Shown here: positions 1 through 12,137 of the stretch, in pieces | Layout of the letters: each line of letters starts with the position of its first letter | Position numbering within the stretch: the first letter of the stretch is position 1 | Assembly (NCBI RefSeq): GCF_009914755.1 | Contig: NC_060939.1 | Length of the DNA stretch: 64,000 nt | Origin: the human T2T-CHM13v2.0 reference genome, Homo sapiens | Strand: one strand, 5' to 3' | Notes under the pieces: generated by a model | Seen by the model: the letters and a program-made list of their open reading frames with translations, nothing else | Told to the model about the DNA's origin: nothing | Databases searched by the model: none | Made by a program: the position numbers and the translations under genes

Positions 1-653
1 GGAACACTTTTACACTGTTGGTGGGACTGTGGACTGTTAACTAGTTCAACCATTGTGGAAGTCAGCGTGGCGATTCCTCAGGGATCTAGAACTAGAAATA
101 CCATTTGACCCAGCCATCCCATTACTGGGTATATACCCAAAGGACTATAAATCATGCTGCTATAAAGACACATGCACACATATGTTTACAGCGGCACTAT
201 TCACAATAGCAAAGACTTGGAACCAACCTAAATATCCAACAATGATAGACTGGATTAAGAAAATGTGGCACATATACACCAGGGAATACTATGCAGCCAT
301 AAAAAATGATGAGTTCATGTCCTTTGTAGGGACATGGATGAAACTGGAAACCATCAATCTCAGCAAACTATCACAAGGACAAAAAACCAAACATCGCATG
401 TTCTCACTCATAGGTGGGAACCGAACAATAAGAACACATGGACACAGGAAGAGGAACATCACACACCAGGGACTGTTGTGGGGTTGGGGGAGTGGGGAGG
501 GATAGCATTAGGAGATATACCTAATGCTAAATGACGAGTTAATGGGTGCAGCACACCAACATGGCACATGTATACATATGTAACAAACCTGCACATTGTG
601 CACATGTACCCTAAAACTTGAAGTATAAATAATAATAAAATTTTTAAAAAAAA
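1..653 (+). mobile_element. LINE-1 3' end (L1PA3/L1PA4-like): ORF2 C-terminus, 3'UTR and A-rich tail; continues left of the window
   Basis: ORF 53..505 carries ORF2p C-terminal motifs ([37 protein letters not shown]). The 3'UTR reads ...gctaaatgacgagttaatgggtgcagcacaccaacatggc... and the tail ends at ~653. Confidence 0.93.
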
Positions 654-1426
654 GCAATCCTAAAATTCTATGATGCTAAGCCTGGAGGAGCTGTTAAACT
701 GTGATTTTCAGTAAGATAATTAAGGAGGTTTATTTTTCTTTCTAAGCCAATTAGAATGTTTCTTATATCTACCATGAATTAATGTATAATGGAATCAGAA
801 GATAGGCCAAATTTGACATCTGTCTGTGGAATAACTGAATTAAACGGTACATACATGCCAGCACCTGGAGTTCAGGTACACTCATTTTACCTAACAGCAG
901 GCAACTGTGTTGTTTTCTTAATCTTTTCAGCTCAAAGTTTTATTTTTGTTTATGTTGAGCTTTTTCTGTGATGTGAATTTTATTTTTCTTTATACAATCA
1001 TAAAGATTTGTGATCATTAACCAATTGCTACCTAATATACACATAATTTCCACTAAATTTCCATCTGTAAAAGTTTGTATTTGTAAAATAATTCTTTAGC
1101 ATCTGGCTTTATTCTAGAACTGTATGTGGCAAGATTAGTAAAACTGAAATGAATCACACATTGGATTAACATGAAACATTTGGTGTTGCCATCAAGAAGG
1201 TTTACTGAGCTGGAAATTAATGTAAAAAAAAGTTCCAAAGAGGGTTGTTTTTAAAACATTTCATGCTTTTTACGTTTCATCATTATGGCTATTGAAAGAC
1301 CTTGGACTAATCCCTCTGTATTTCAGGGTAAGTAATCACAGGAAAATTAACATTATAGAAAAGCCTAAAAATTATTTTTATTACACATATTTCTTTTAAG
1401 GTAAAAAATCAAAATATTCAATAATA

Positions 1427-1781
1427 CAATCAGTCCTTACTTAACACCATCGATAGGTTCTTGAAAACTGTGACTTTAAGCCAAATGATATATAATGAAA
1501 CCAATCTTACCACAGGCTAATTGATATAAATAAGTAAGCTCCTATGCCACATTTCTAATCACAACAGCATCACCAAACCTCTAAATAAAGACTCTAAACG
1601 CCTCTAATATTAAACACTGAAATAACTGTGAGATCAACATACATTTAAGAAGAACTAATAAATTCAAGATAATTATTCATCCAGTTATTCCAGGTCAGGG
1701 TCATGGTGGCTGGAGCCTATCTCAGCAGCTCAAGGGGATAGGGAGGGACCAACTCTGAACAGAACACCATCCCTTCACAAG

Positions 1782-1819
<38 letters not shown>

Positions 1820-2042
1820 GCACTCACTCAGACTGGCATCACTTACACACACCAATGCATCTAACACACACAGGCATTAGGACATGGGAGGAAACCAGAG
1901 TACTCAGAGAAAACTTATGCAGACATAAGGAGAACATGCAAAATCCACAGAGAATGTGGCCCCAGCCAGGAATCTATTTTTTTCTCATCAGTGATATAAC
2001 TAAACTATGTTGAACAACATGATGTTTTTTGAGGACTTGATG
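1427..2042 (-). mobile_element. MER6/MER6A non-autonomous Tc1/mariner (Tigger-type) DNA transposon
   Basis: Imperfect terminal inverted repeats (caatcagtcctt... / ...gaggacttgatg) are flanked by TA at 1425-1426 and 2043-2044. Internal gggaggaaaccagagtactcagagaaaac...gagaacatgcaaa matches the recalled MER6 consensus; length ~616 bp. Confidence 0.85.
1787..1817. repeat. (CA)n microsatellite inside MER6
   Basis: About 15 uninterrupted CA units, read directly. Confidence 0.95.
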
Positions 2043-2778
2043 TATCTGGATTTTCAGCCAATTTTTTTATTGTATTCAAATGTCATGTAGGCTCCATTTG
2101 CCAAGGAAAACAATTTGATGTTAAAATAAGAAAAAAAAACTTCCTTCCTATAAAATAGTTATAAGCACTACTGATTTTTAAAATACAGAAAATTATTTTG
2201 TCCTATAGTAAAAGTAGTCAAGGAATGGTCACTTGAAAATCAAATAAACTGTAAGAAGAGGGTTCATAGTTCTTCCGAAAAAGAAATTATTTCAGGAAAT
2301 TTCTCTTTTACTTCAGGGGACCCATGATACAATGCAATTGAATCCTATTTATACTTCAAAACTGACTTTACACAGGACCTTATAATTGATAGCTGAATAA
2401 TTTTGAAGACACAATAATAGACTACATAAATTAAAAGAAGTCGTGTTTTTCAAAGACTACAAAACTTTATAAGGTGATTTTAAGCTTCAAATATCCATTT
2501 TCCTTTGTTGGCTTACCAAAAATACTTACTTAAAATATAATAACACAGCTACAAATTTTTAAATAATTTGATTCCTGCTTCCACAACAGTGAACGCTAAC
2601 AGAACTTGTAGGAACCAGAGAGAATATAGTTAGGCTTTGAGGGAATCAAAGCCTGCAATGAAGACTTGTCGCTTCAGATCTCCTCATGTAAGGGGACCAG
2701 AAGGATCCTGGCACTAAACAAATTAACAAATGCATGTGAGCAACAGAGTGAGGTGGTACCCAAAGGCCAGCAACTTAC

Positions 2779-2852
2779 TCTGGCAGATCCAGGGAACTCC
2801 TAAGCAAAGCTAAATCCTACACTATGGTTCCAGAGTTAACAGGTTAACTTCC
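2779..2852 (-). other. Candidate non-coding exon (74 nt)
   Basis: Minus-strand acceptor ctcctctatcaatttag|G and donor AGA|gtaagt; stops in all three frames. Splice-signal evidence only. Confidence 0.25.
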
Positions 2853-3294
2853 CTAAATTGATAGAGGAGTTTCGGCATAATTCTATCCCGAGTTTCTAAG
2901 AGTAGAAAAGTTCATCCCCAAGCTATGCTGAATATTTCAAAAGCCTAACAGAATTAATGTCTTAAATTATAACAGATATTTAATAGACAAAAAAAATCAT
3001 GGAATTAAGTTATATTATGAGAGATGCTAAAAATTATCCACAAAAATAATTTTTAGATATTTGGAAAATCTCTAGGCAGGGCAATGAAGCTCACAGGGAA
3101 TATGTGATTTTTCCTCCCCCGCCCTCTTTCCTTTTACTTTTAGTTTCTTCTGCATTATCTTTGCTTTGCTCTCTCTCTTCCTTTCTGTTCTTCTTTTTTT
3201 CTTTCTCTCCAACTTTTACTAGCAAAAACAATCAATCATTCATTCTGGATCACTGGCACACACTGAAAGAAAACCATCTTCTTGACTCTCCTAC

Positions 3295-4409
3295 TGTTAA
3301 CGGGATCTCTGGGGTGTCGATTTTTCTGACTGGAAACCTCTGTGGCCATGGTGCCTTTGCCCAAGTTCTTGTCCTGAGGAAGAATGAGATACACAGACAA
3401 GCGAAAGGTGAAGAAGAAGAAGAGTTTGATTTAGTGTTAGAACAGCTCAGAGGAGTGGGTAGCTCCTCTCTGTAGGCAGGTCATCCTGTGGAATGTTCAG
3501 CTGTCTTCAAAGAGGAGGCCCTGGAGAGGATAGGTCCTCTCTGTAGACAGGTCTTCTGGACATTTCCGCAGGTCTCTGAAGCTCTGAGCGGAGAGGGTAG
3601 CTCCTCTCTGCCGGCAGATCGTTCTCTGCAGCTCTAAGCACAGAGGATACTCCTCTCTGCAGCTGATCGTCTCCGTGTCTCTCTGCCCTCTTAGTCCTCT
3701 GGCTGTCCTCTGCCCTGCTCTGGCTGAGTCCAGGGCCGTTGTGGACCTCAGACGGGAGAAAGTGTGTGCCAGTTGGTCCGGGGGTGACCATGGGAGGGCC
3801 TGGAAGAGGCACCAGTAATTCCCACTCTGGTCTGAGGAACTGGCAGCCTAGCTCCCAGCCTTCAGTCCCTGCGTGGCCTGAAGGTGGGGCCTTACTGGAG
3901 ACCCGCCCCCTTCTGCCCAGGAATTAATCTCCCTGCCGCTGCCATTCATGGCCCTGGGGCTCAGCCCCAACCCTGCTCCAAGATCAGAGCCAGCATGGGA
4001 GCCGAAAGAGGCCAGGTAGCAGGAGAAGACATTCTCCGAGCCTGCAGGGATTGTGAGGGGCGAGGGGACCTTCCCAGGCCCCCATGGGTGCAGGCTGCAG
4101 AGATGCCCAGTTCCTGAGCCTGGGAGGGCAGCCACAGCTGCACTCGCAGAGCTCCCACCCGGCCAACTCAGAAGGGGAAGGGTTCCTGCTTGTCCCCAGC
4201 TCCTTCTTGCTGAGTGGAGTGGGAGGACCAGGTCGGCAACCAGGGGTTGGGCGGTTGCAGCTACACCCAGGAGGGGAGATCCTGCCTGCTCCCGGTTCCC
4301 CGCAAGAGCACAGGGAGGCTCAGATCCACAGCGCAGTCTGGGCAGCTGTAGCCCCACCCAGGGCACCTCTCTGCTGCAGCCGGAGTGATGACAACAGCCA
4401 CTGCCATCA
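3295..4409 (-). mobile_element. Solo ERV1 LTR, LTR28/LTR1/MER52 family
   Basis: On the minus strand it starts TGATGGCAG and ends ...GACACCCCAGAGATCCCGTTAACA. GC-rich, with internal AGAGGAGCTACCC repeats and a near-matching 4-bp TSD (ctac/ctag). Confidence 0.85.
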
Positions 4410-6158
4410 CTAGAACCTGTAAAAGTAGCTGATTGCTCCGTTTTTCTGAGCCCACCGTGATACATACCAGACTCAACACAAATAACATTGCTTTCACTTG
4501 CAAATTATTATTTTTCTCAGAAATTTGGTCATAAGAAACTTGGAAATATTTCATAAAGCTCATATGTCTACTGACTTGCTTCATCTTGTAGACAGTCTGG
4601 TAGCTTGACACCATTTATTCAGACTTTTGAAGAATGTATGCCTAGGTTTATAAAAGGAACTAGATTAACCCAATAGGCTAATAGGAAAGAACAATACCAG
4701 CAGAAAAATAGATCAGTGCTCCACAATTATCATATCCTCTTATAAGTCTTAGTTTCTGGTCCCGTCAATTGTTTGTTTTTTGATATTACCATATCCTATT
4801 ATGTGCCCACATCCTACCAAAATACATCAGTCATGACATGATGCAATGGTTTCTCAAAGAACTATATGGTATTTATCAGTTGGTGAAGCTCCATTCTAAA
4901 TCTAAGAAATGATTAGTGATAACTGTAGCAACATGCAGCTCTTGCAATGAGAGTACAGCTCAACTTCTTCAGATTCATCCTCTCAAATAGGTTATGTCTG
5001 CTCAGAAAATAGCACAGTCCTTTTCTCCTGGGCCTGAAGAGGATATCCTTCCAACTTCTCTTCTATGTGAATGACCATCCCTTGAAAAGAGTCCAAATAT
5101 TTTCACCACCTGTTGAATATGTATTCAAAACACACACACTAAAAAAATGATACAATGAAAGTCACTGGTCTTATTTTGGGCAACTCTGAGTCTTTTGTCA
5201 TATTCATTGTGCATCAGATTACTCAGTCTCATTAAATGAGGCTACCTGTGTGATTTTAGGCAGTGAGAGATAGATATTTTTTACAAGCTGGTTGTCTGCC
5301 TAAATTCTGTTGCTGATGTTTTTCTGGGCTACTCCTTGACTAAGTTTTTTACCTTAACAACACAACTGGAATTTGCCACACTATAGTTTTATTTTTAAGT
5401 ATAAGGTCCCATTGGTCAAATTCAATTTATGTGACTTTAGCAGATACTTCTAATAGGCCAATACAAGCCAGTAATTGTTATAAATTAGAAAGCTATTCCA
5501 CACAGTTCTAATTTCAGAGAGCAAAATTATCCTCACTGATCTTGAGTACTTTGTATTTTTCCATCATATTAACGGTGCCCTTGGCTCTCTCATATATTCT
5601 CATTTTGGCCACTAATGTTTTGTCACTTTGCTGCTCACAAAGCACATTTGTCTTGTTCTTTTCTTCTTACAAAATGCCTATGTCTAATCACAGCAATAAA
5701 TGTGAGAATGCAAAGCATTGCAAAACAGCACACCATCTTTACTAGTAAGAATTTATGGAACAGTTTAAATCTATGATTTCTCAAACCTTCCAGCTCTAAT
5801 ATGTCATCCAGCATTTAAACACAGGTCTGTGCACATCTTGCTCCTCTAGAATCACAGTGATAAAAGATAAATTGTCTCCTGTCTTCTTTCACAGCCTTAA
5901 CAGTAATTATAGAAGTTCATGCTTTTACATTTATAGTCCTAGTATATATAGATCAAGGCCATGGATGTAGGGGTGCCTAAGCAAGTACAGAGAAATTTTG
6001 AGAAAAGCACTTCAGGGGTTTGTATACATAAAGAACGAAGGAACTTCATGGGGGAAAATATCCCATCCTAAAACAACAAAAGCTGAAACACATGTTTGAT
6101 GAGGTGCAGTAGACTAGTGCAAAAACAAAAACAAACAAACAAATAAAAGATTGATTAC

Positions 6159-6338
6159 TTTTTTTCTTAAGTTTTTAATTAGTATGGGTATATAACAGTT
6201 GCATATACTTATGGGGTACATGTGATATTTTGATACAGACATACAATGTATAGTGGACAAATCAGGGTAATCATGATATCCATCACCTCAAGCATTTATC
6301 ATTTCTTTGTGTTAGGAACATTTGAACTACACTACTAC
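6159..6338 (-). mobile_element. Old L1MA 3'-end fragment
   Basis: ggggtacatgtgatattttgatac...atccatcacctcaagcatttatcatttctttgtgttaggaacatt is the reverse complement of an L1MA 3'UTR terminus. Confidence 0.8.
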
Positions 6339-6339
6339 T

Positions 6340-6752
6340 TTAATTAGGATCTTCCAAGAAACAAACACAAAGATGGGATTAAACACTGACAGTTTTGTTA
6401 GGGAAAATACCTGTGTGAAAAAGAAGTAAGGAGGCAGCCAGAGAAGACTTGGAGAGTCAGCAGACCATCATGATTTGGAGTGAAGAAGAAACAGAGAGAA
6501 AGTTCGCTGGATGCGTCCTAGACCACCACATGGTCGAAGAAAGCTTCAGTAAAGCCTTCAGGAAATTGGCCAATAACAGTCCTGTTTCCCTGAAATGAGT
6601 CAGCTTTCTTCCCTCAGTCATTAACAGGGATTGTCCTGGAAGAAGCATGGCTTCAATGCAAACACACTCTTGGATTTCAGGGTGCAGCAGATGGGGACTT
6701 AATTACACTCCTTAATTGAAGGTCTGAAAGGCACATGCCCCTCGTCACCACA
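6340..6752 (-). mobile_element. ERVL solo LTR, LTR16 family (LTR16C-like)
   Basis: Reverse complement begins tgtggtgac and contains ctgctgcaccctgaaatcc...aatgactgag...tctaggacgc...cacaggtattttccctaacaaaa, matching recalled LTR16 architecture. Confidence 0.7.
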
Positions 6753-7379
6753 CCTACGTATTTGTCACTATAATCATTCATTTGCCCAGCATCCCTTATC
6801 TCCTCCTTGAGGGGCTTCAATAAAAGAACAAGTAAAAACTAAATATGTATCTTCGCAATAAAAATATCTTCACGACGTCTAGAGTCAAGGGCATTAACAT
6901 TACTCGTACCATAGACTTTGGTGTCTAAACTCAAGCAGCTTACTTGGGAGGGGAGTGGTTTGAGAAGCAAGGTGGCTGCCATTAAATAAATAATTGCCTA
7001 TAAATCCGATTATAATTTTGGTAAGATCTACAAATAGAAGCGCAGGGTTCTTAAAGCCTATAACATAATACCTTGCCATAAGATTTATTCAGGTGCTCAA
7101 TAAATACTTCCTGTATACCTACTTTGGTTCAGACACTGCACTGCTATAGTCCTCAAAGAAAGATGCCTGACATGGAGATAATACCACCCTCTTTTCATCA
7201 TTCCGTTGCAGTCTCAGTGATGATAACAGTCGGTGGAAGCAGCCACAGTAGCAGTGTCCTTTGCAGTGAGAATATGTGGGTCCAGTGCCTTCATTTCAGA
7301 AACCAGCTGTCTGGATACTGGACACAAAAAATCTTGTTTGGTAGAAGCAGACGCAACTACTTCATACTTTGCTAGAACT

Positions 7380-7890
7380 ATATTTTATTTAACTTATGGA
7401 TCAGCACCTCATTTCTGTGTCATATATCACATGCCCGGCATCGTGCCACCTAATGAGGAAGAGAAGTGCCCCCACATGAAGTAGAATAGAGTGGTACCCT
7501 CACTGTGTATGCTTTCAATCTTTTAGGGGCCTAAGCATCACAGAAGTGTAGATACCATTAAAACTAAGAAACCAGCAGATAATAAAAATAGCTATTGTTA
7601 GGAAATAGCCATGATGTTTCACATTCTAAAGGCTACCAGAATTTTTTAGAATTATCAAACTCATGCTGGGTAGGTGGACATAAATAGGAAAAACATGGCT
7701 TTGTGTTAGCTATTTTTAAAGTTATACTTGTATAAAAAAGGACACAGAATATTTCATTTAACATATGGATCAACCCCATGTCTCCGTGTTGGATATCACA
7801 TTTCCAGCATTGTGTCACCTAAAGGAGGAGGAGAGGCTCCCCCACACAAAGTATGTTGGAGTGATACCCTAGCTGTGCTGGTTTTCATTA
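7380..7890. repeat. Diverged ~140-bp tandem duplication (copy A ~7380-7520, copy B ~7749-7890, offset 369 bp)
   Basis: Hand alignment: tattttatttaacttatggatcagc...atatcacatg...gtgccacctaa...cccccaca...gagtggtaccct versus tatttcatttaacatatggatcaac...atatcacatt...gtgtcacctaa...cccccaca...gagtgataccct; roughly 70% identity by eye. Confidence 0.85.
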
Positions 7891-8552
7891 TATTGCAACA
7901 TATTTCATTCTATGTAAGGCTGATTAAATGTTTAGTTTGTTGTCTATTTTTTTTGACCAAACTAAAAGGAGTAAGAGTGTACAAGCTCTTTGTCAGCTTT
8001 GAAGTTAAAACAAAAGTGATAATCTATCACATCTGACAAGAAGTAGGCTTCAAAAACCTGGATATATCAAGATTATTTGAAATATAGATCTACATCTACT
8101 ATTTTTAAGAGTGACCTTTGCCCTAAGTATTCACTGTGCCTTGAGATATTACCCAACGATTGTATGAAGTCATCAAGATTAACATTAAAACATTAATTAT
8201 CCAGAACCTGAACACAAATCTCTACAGTATCACAGCAAATCATGTGATTCTCAATCCAGGGTACAACAACATTTCACTAAATGCTATAAAAAGATAAGAA
8301 GCCTCTTTAGAGATTTCTTATTTCAGAGTGCAAGCCAAATGAGGGGGCTTGGCTTTGCCAGCAGTGCTTATTCCACCTGAAGTTGTAAAAGTAGCTAAAT
8401 AGCTGAAACAACACACTGAATACAATATAGTGATCAAAATGCATTTCTTTAGCAAACAATGCTTTCAGAGGGTGCATAGATATACTGCTAAAATTTTGAA
8501 GAAACAAGCATTAGAGTGAATGACGTTAAGTATGGAAGGTTTTTTAATATAG

Positions 8553-8932
<380 letters not shown>

Positions 8933-9909
8933 TACATTCTGTTGTAATAATACATTAAGAACTGTTTAGTGAAACACCAAATGAAAGAGTACACACACAC
9001 ATACATTCTCAAAAGTAAATATATTCTTTAACTTAAAAAATACAAGTATTTATTTTTTAAAACCTGCAAGTGTAACTACTGATGGAGTTATACTTTAACC
9101 GGAATCTTTAAGTGACAGGCATCATTTAAATTCATTCAGTTATTCATCTATTCATTTACTCCAAGGTAATATTATATTCTTTGACTGCATATCAAACAAT
9201 TGCAGCAAAAGCTTACAGCCATAGCTCAACCTTCCTAATTAGATCTGTAGAATAAATCTTTAGATGCCTAAGTAAGGCCAGAACCTTGGAGATTTAAGTT
9301 CAGCCCCAATCAGTTCCCCACAGGGGAAATCCAATTCCCAGTAACATCAGGATTAGTACATAGGGCTTGGTACTGGGCTGTCTTTATGTGAATATTTCAC
9401 TAAAAGCATAAATATATTTTCTCAAGAGGTAGTCTACACGTGCATTCTCCTTGACTAAATCTTGCATTCTCTAAAGTTAAGTAGATTAAACACAGATAAA
9501 CACAGATTCCCATTTTATGGGTTTGGTTTTACTGTAAGTTATAGCTTTCAAGACTTAAAAGTGTGCCTAAATAAAGTAAAAATGTAAGTAATTATTATTT
9601 GTTTGGCAAGCAAAATATTTCAGAATGAGGTTCTAGGTGGTGAAGATATTAAGAAATCACTGGTGCCCAACACTGTTGGACTATATTCATTTTAAACACA
9701 TTTTGGTTCTGTCCCCTAATCCTGGTATGCTAACAGGGATATACTGTATTTGTAGAGTTCCTCTTCAGGAATTCAGGTCATATTTCAGATCCTCCAGACC
9801 TCAGATGTGGTTCAAAAGATCAAGAGGCACTTCCTTAATTCAATAAATATTCATTTAGGATCTACTATATGCCAGTATTCTATGGAAGCTTAATTTTGTA
9901 ATATGGTTT

Positions 9910-10150
9910 TGGGCATGTGTACATATGTACAAAGACATATATATGAAGATATTACCCATAGCATTGTTAATAATGAGAAATAAGTGGAAACGATTCAAGT
10001 ATTTATCAATAGAAGATGATGTAATGATTCACCTGAACAACAGAACTTTAAGATCATTAAAAAGAGTTACATCGTTACGTATTAATATGCAAATATGCCG
10101 AAGGAATAAGACCAAAAGTTGTAAAATATATTTAATTTAAATTTTAAAAA
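9910..10150 (+). mobile_element. Degenerate old L1M(C/E) 3' fragment
   Basis: aagatattacccatagcattgttaataatgagaaataagtggaaac...tttatcaatagaag resembles the ORF2 end and 3'UTR of old L1M elements. Confidence 0.55.
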
Positions 10151-10164
10151 AGGCTACAGTAAGA

Positions 10165-10832
10165 AATGCACCAAATGTTAAAAGGTATCATGATTTAATT
10201 AACTGTGTAAAAATGAGAATTTCAAAATACTGTGTAGAATACTTAAAATACCTAATGAGACAGGAAGAAATCATTAAAGTCTTATACATGTGAAATTTTG
10301 CTCGTGGCAAAGCACTTAAAAGAGCTGCAGAATTTTCATATTAGTTATAAATTATTATACAGAGAAATCAAATGGTTCATGATTTTTATGATAAATGCTC
10401 CCAAGTGATTTTAAAATGTATATACATATTTAATTTATCCTTTCAAGATAAAGGTCATATTTTTAACAGTGAGTGAGAGAAGTGGTTTCTTAAAAAATAA
10501 AGTTATACTTCAGCAAGAATATTTTGGAAATTGATATTTGGAAACTTTCCTAGAGTCATGTCATTTTGATTCCAAGAACAATTTAAGTATATTACCTATT
10601 TAAAATTTTGTCACATATGATCACTTCAGAAATTTGGAAGGAGAGTACCCTAACATTATTTCAATATCTTTCAGAGTTTCAGTGGGTTCTGCGCCAACTT
10701 GTTAAAAACTACAACAAGGCAGCACTTTCTGATTACTTTGCAAGAACAAGTGACTGATTGATACAGTAGAAGATGGAAATTTACTATATAAGTTGAGAAA
10801 AAATTTGCATAGTTGGTGCTTAAAATTGAAAT
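10165..10832 (+). mobile_element. hAT/Charlie transposase fossil
   Basis: Degenerate codons for Charlie/Buster motifs: ctcgtggcaaagcacttaaaaga (RGKALKR), aatttatcctttcaa (NLSFQ) and ttgcaagaacaa...attgat...gatgga (LQEQ..ID..DG). Many frameshifts. Confidence 0.65.
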
Positions 10833-10860
10833 ATGGAAGTACACAGTCAAAATATTTTAC

Positions 10861-10899
10861 CTATCAGAGTGTGCAATGAGAATCTTGAACCTCGTTCAT
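10861..10899 (-). other. Candidate 39-nt exon, phase 1-1, (x)ERGSRFSLHTLI
   Basis: Acceptor ccatttatttctatag|A and donor TAG|gtaaaa; only the phase-1 frame is stop-free. Confidence 0.25.
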
Positions 10900-11829
10900 C
10901 TATAGAAATAAATGGTGTATTATTTCTTCTTACCTTGTCTTTCCTCAGGAATGATCGCTAGAGTCACTGCTGTCACAGTTTGCCTTCCTACTTTGTCCTT
11001 CTGTTTCATTAAATGTTATTAGCATTTATATAAGTATTAGTATCACTGCCTCTATAGTACTAATTCCCTCTGTACCTCATTTTCACCAAAGGAATGATTT
11101 CAACTGTACCTACAACTAGAGATCTTATGATAATCAAATAATAATATGGATATGAAATTACAGTATACATGATAATGTCTGAAACTAATTTGAGATATTA
11201 ACAAATTGCCTTTGTCTGTTTATCTTAAACTGCATTTGCTGTGTCTCTCAATACTGTGAGGCTCCCAAAGATTTCATATCTATTATTTTTATCCCCCTGA
11301 AACATTGATAAATAACCACTTATTCCCAGGAACTAGGCTATTATTCATTTTCCCATGATCAAAGAAGTTAGCACAGAAAGTATGTAAAGATGGTAAAAGG
11401 CTTTGGGTCCTCAGATTGTCAGGTAATCCATATTCCTCATAGCCTGACTAAGCACAAGAAAAGGAGCACCCACCCCAATATATATTTGATGTTCTGATGT
11501 TGATTTCTCCAGTCATCCCTTCACACTCTTCACCAATATAATGCAAATAGCTGCTGTGTCTCCAACAGGAATTAAGAAGAACATGTTACACTCACAATAT
11601 GAATCTGAATCTTTTTCTTTTGGGATGAACAAATCTAACAAACATAAAAAGTATAAATTCCAAAATCACGATGGCACAGTGTAAAACACCTTGACTTATC
11701 ATAAGATTCTGCACATCTATTACCGCTGGATGACTGCATAACTATTAATCAACTAACCATAAAGTGATGCCCAGAACTTGATAAATACTCCAAAATACTA
11801 CGTATTAGAATTATTATTGTAATTGTAAT

Positions 11830-12000
11830 AAAAACCTCTAATCCTCAGTTTCACTATATTAATAAAATATGTGTGTGTCGGGGGAATAATGTCTGTGGCA
11901 CAACTTATCAGACCTTCTATGAGAATCGAATAAAATATACCTATGAAACTTCTATGAGAATCAAATATAATATACCTAAGTTATACCTATGAAAAGCCCT
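11830..12000 (+). mobile_element. MIR fragment with an internal ~35-bp tandem duplication
   Basis: cctcagtttc...ggggaataat MIR core; cttctatgagaatc(g/a)aata(a/t)aatataccta occurs twice within 11914-11980. Confidence 0.6.
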
Positions 12001-12041
12001 TGAATATGATACAGTTCAGTATAAATATGTTAATAGCTTAC

Positions 12042-12137
12042 ATAGGACAACACGTCCCTGATGGTTTTTGTATACTAATGTAAACAGAATGGTAACAATT
12101 ATAACTTGGTTACAAGGAACTTTACACGTTACTGCAC
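12042..12137 (-). other. Candidate 96-nt exon, phase 1-1, (G)AVTCKVPCNQVIIVTILFTLVYKNHQGRVVL
   Basis: Acceptor atttgtag|G (competing AG 8 nt upstream) and donor TAT|gtaagc. Only one open frame, which includes the hydrophobic run VIIVTILFTLVY; lies within ORF 12016..12237. Confidence 0.3.

Noticed and set aside
1240-1335. Plus-strand donor AGG|gtaagt at ~1327
   Set aside because: No convincing upstream acceptor or sustained open frame.
3507-4614. Many overlapping 60-205 aa ORFs on both strands
   Set aside because: Expected from the GC-rich, stop-poor LTR sequence; no domain-like content.
7216-7380. Minus-strand 54-codon open stretch (VLAKYEVV...DCYHH*)
   Set aside because: No good acceptor or start and no recognisable homology; length is compatible with chance.
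7380-7520. Possible H/ACA snoRNA or miRNA (cctcatt/aatgagg stem followed by AGAGAA; gtggtaccct resembles the miR-509/514 flank)
   Set aside because: No terminal ACA box, the stem is not preserved in copy B, and there is no long pre-miRNA hairpin; an Rfam search is needed to exclude it fully.
10934-11000. Alternative 67-nt minus-strand exon with a strong AAG|gtaaga donor
   Set aside because: The acceptor lacks a pyrimidine tract, the length is not 3n, and only ~34 nt separate it from the 39-nt candidate, too short for an intron.
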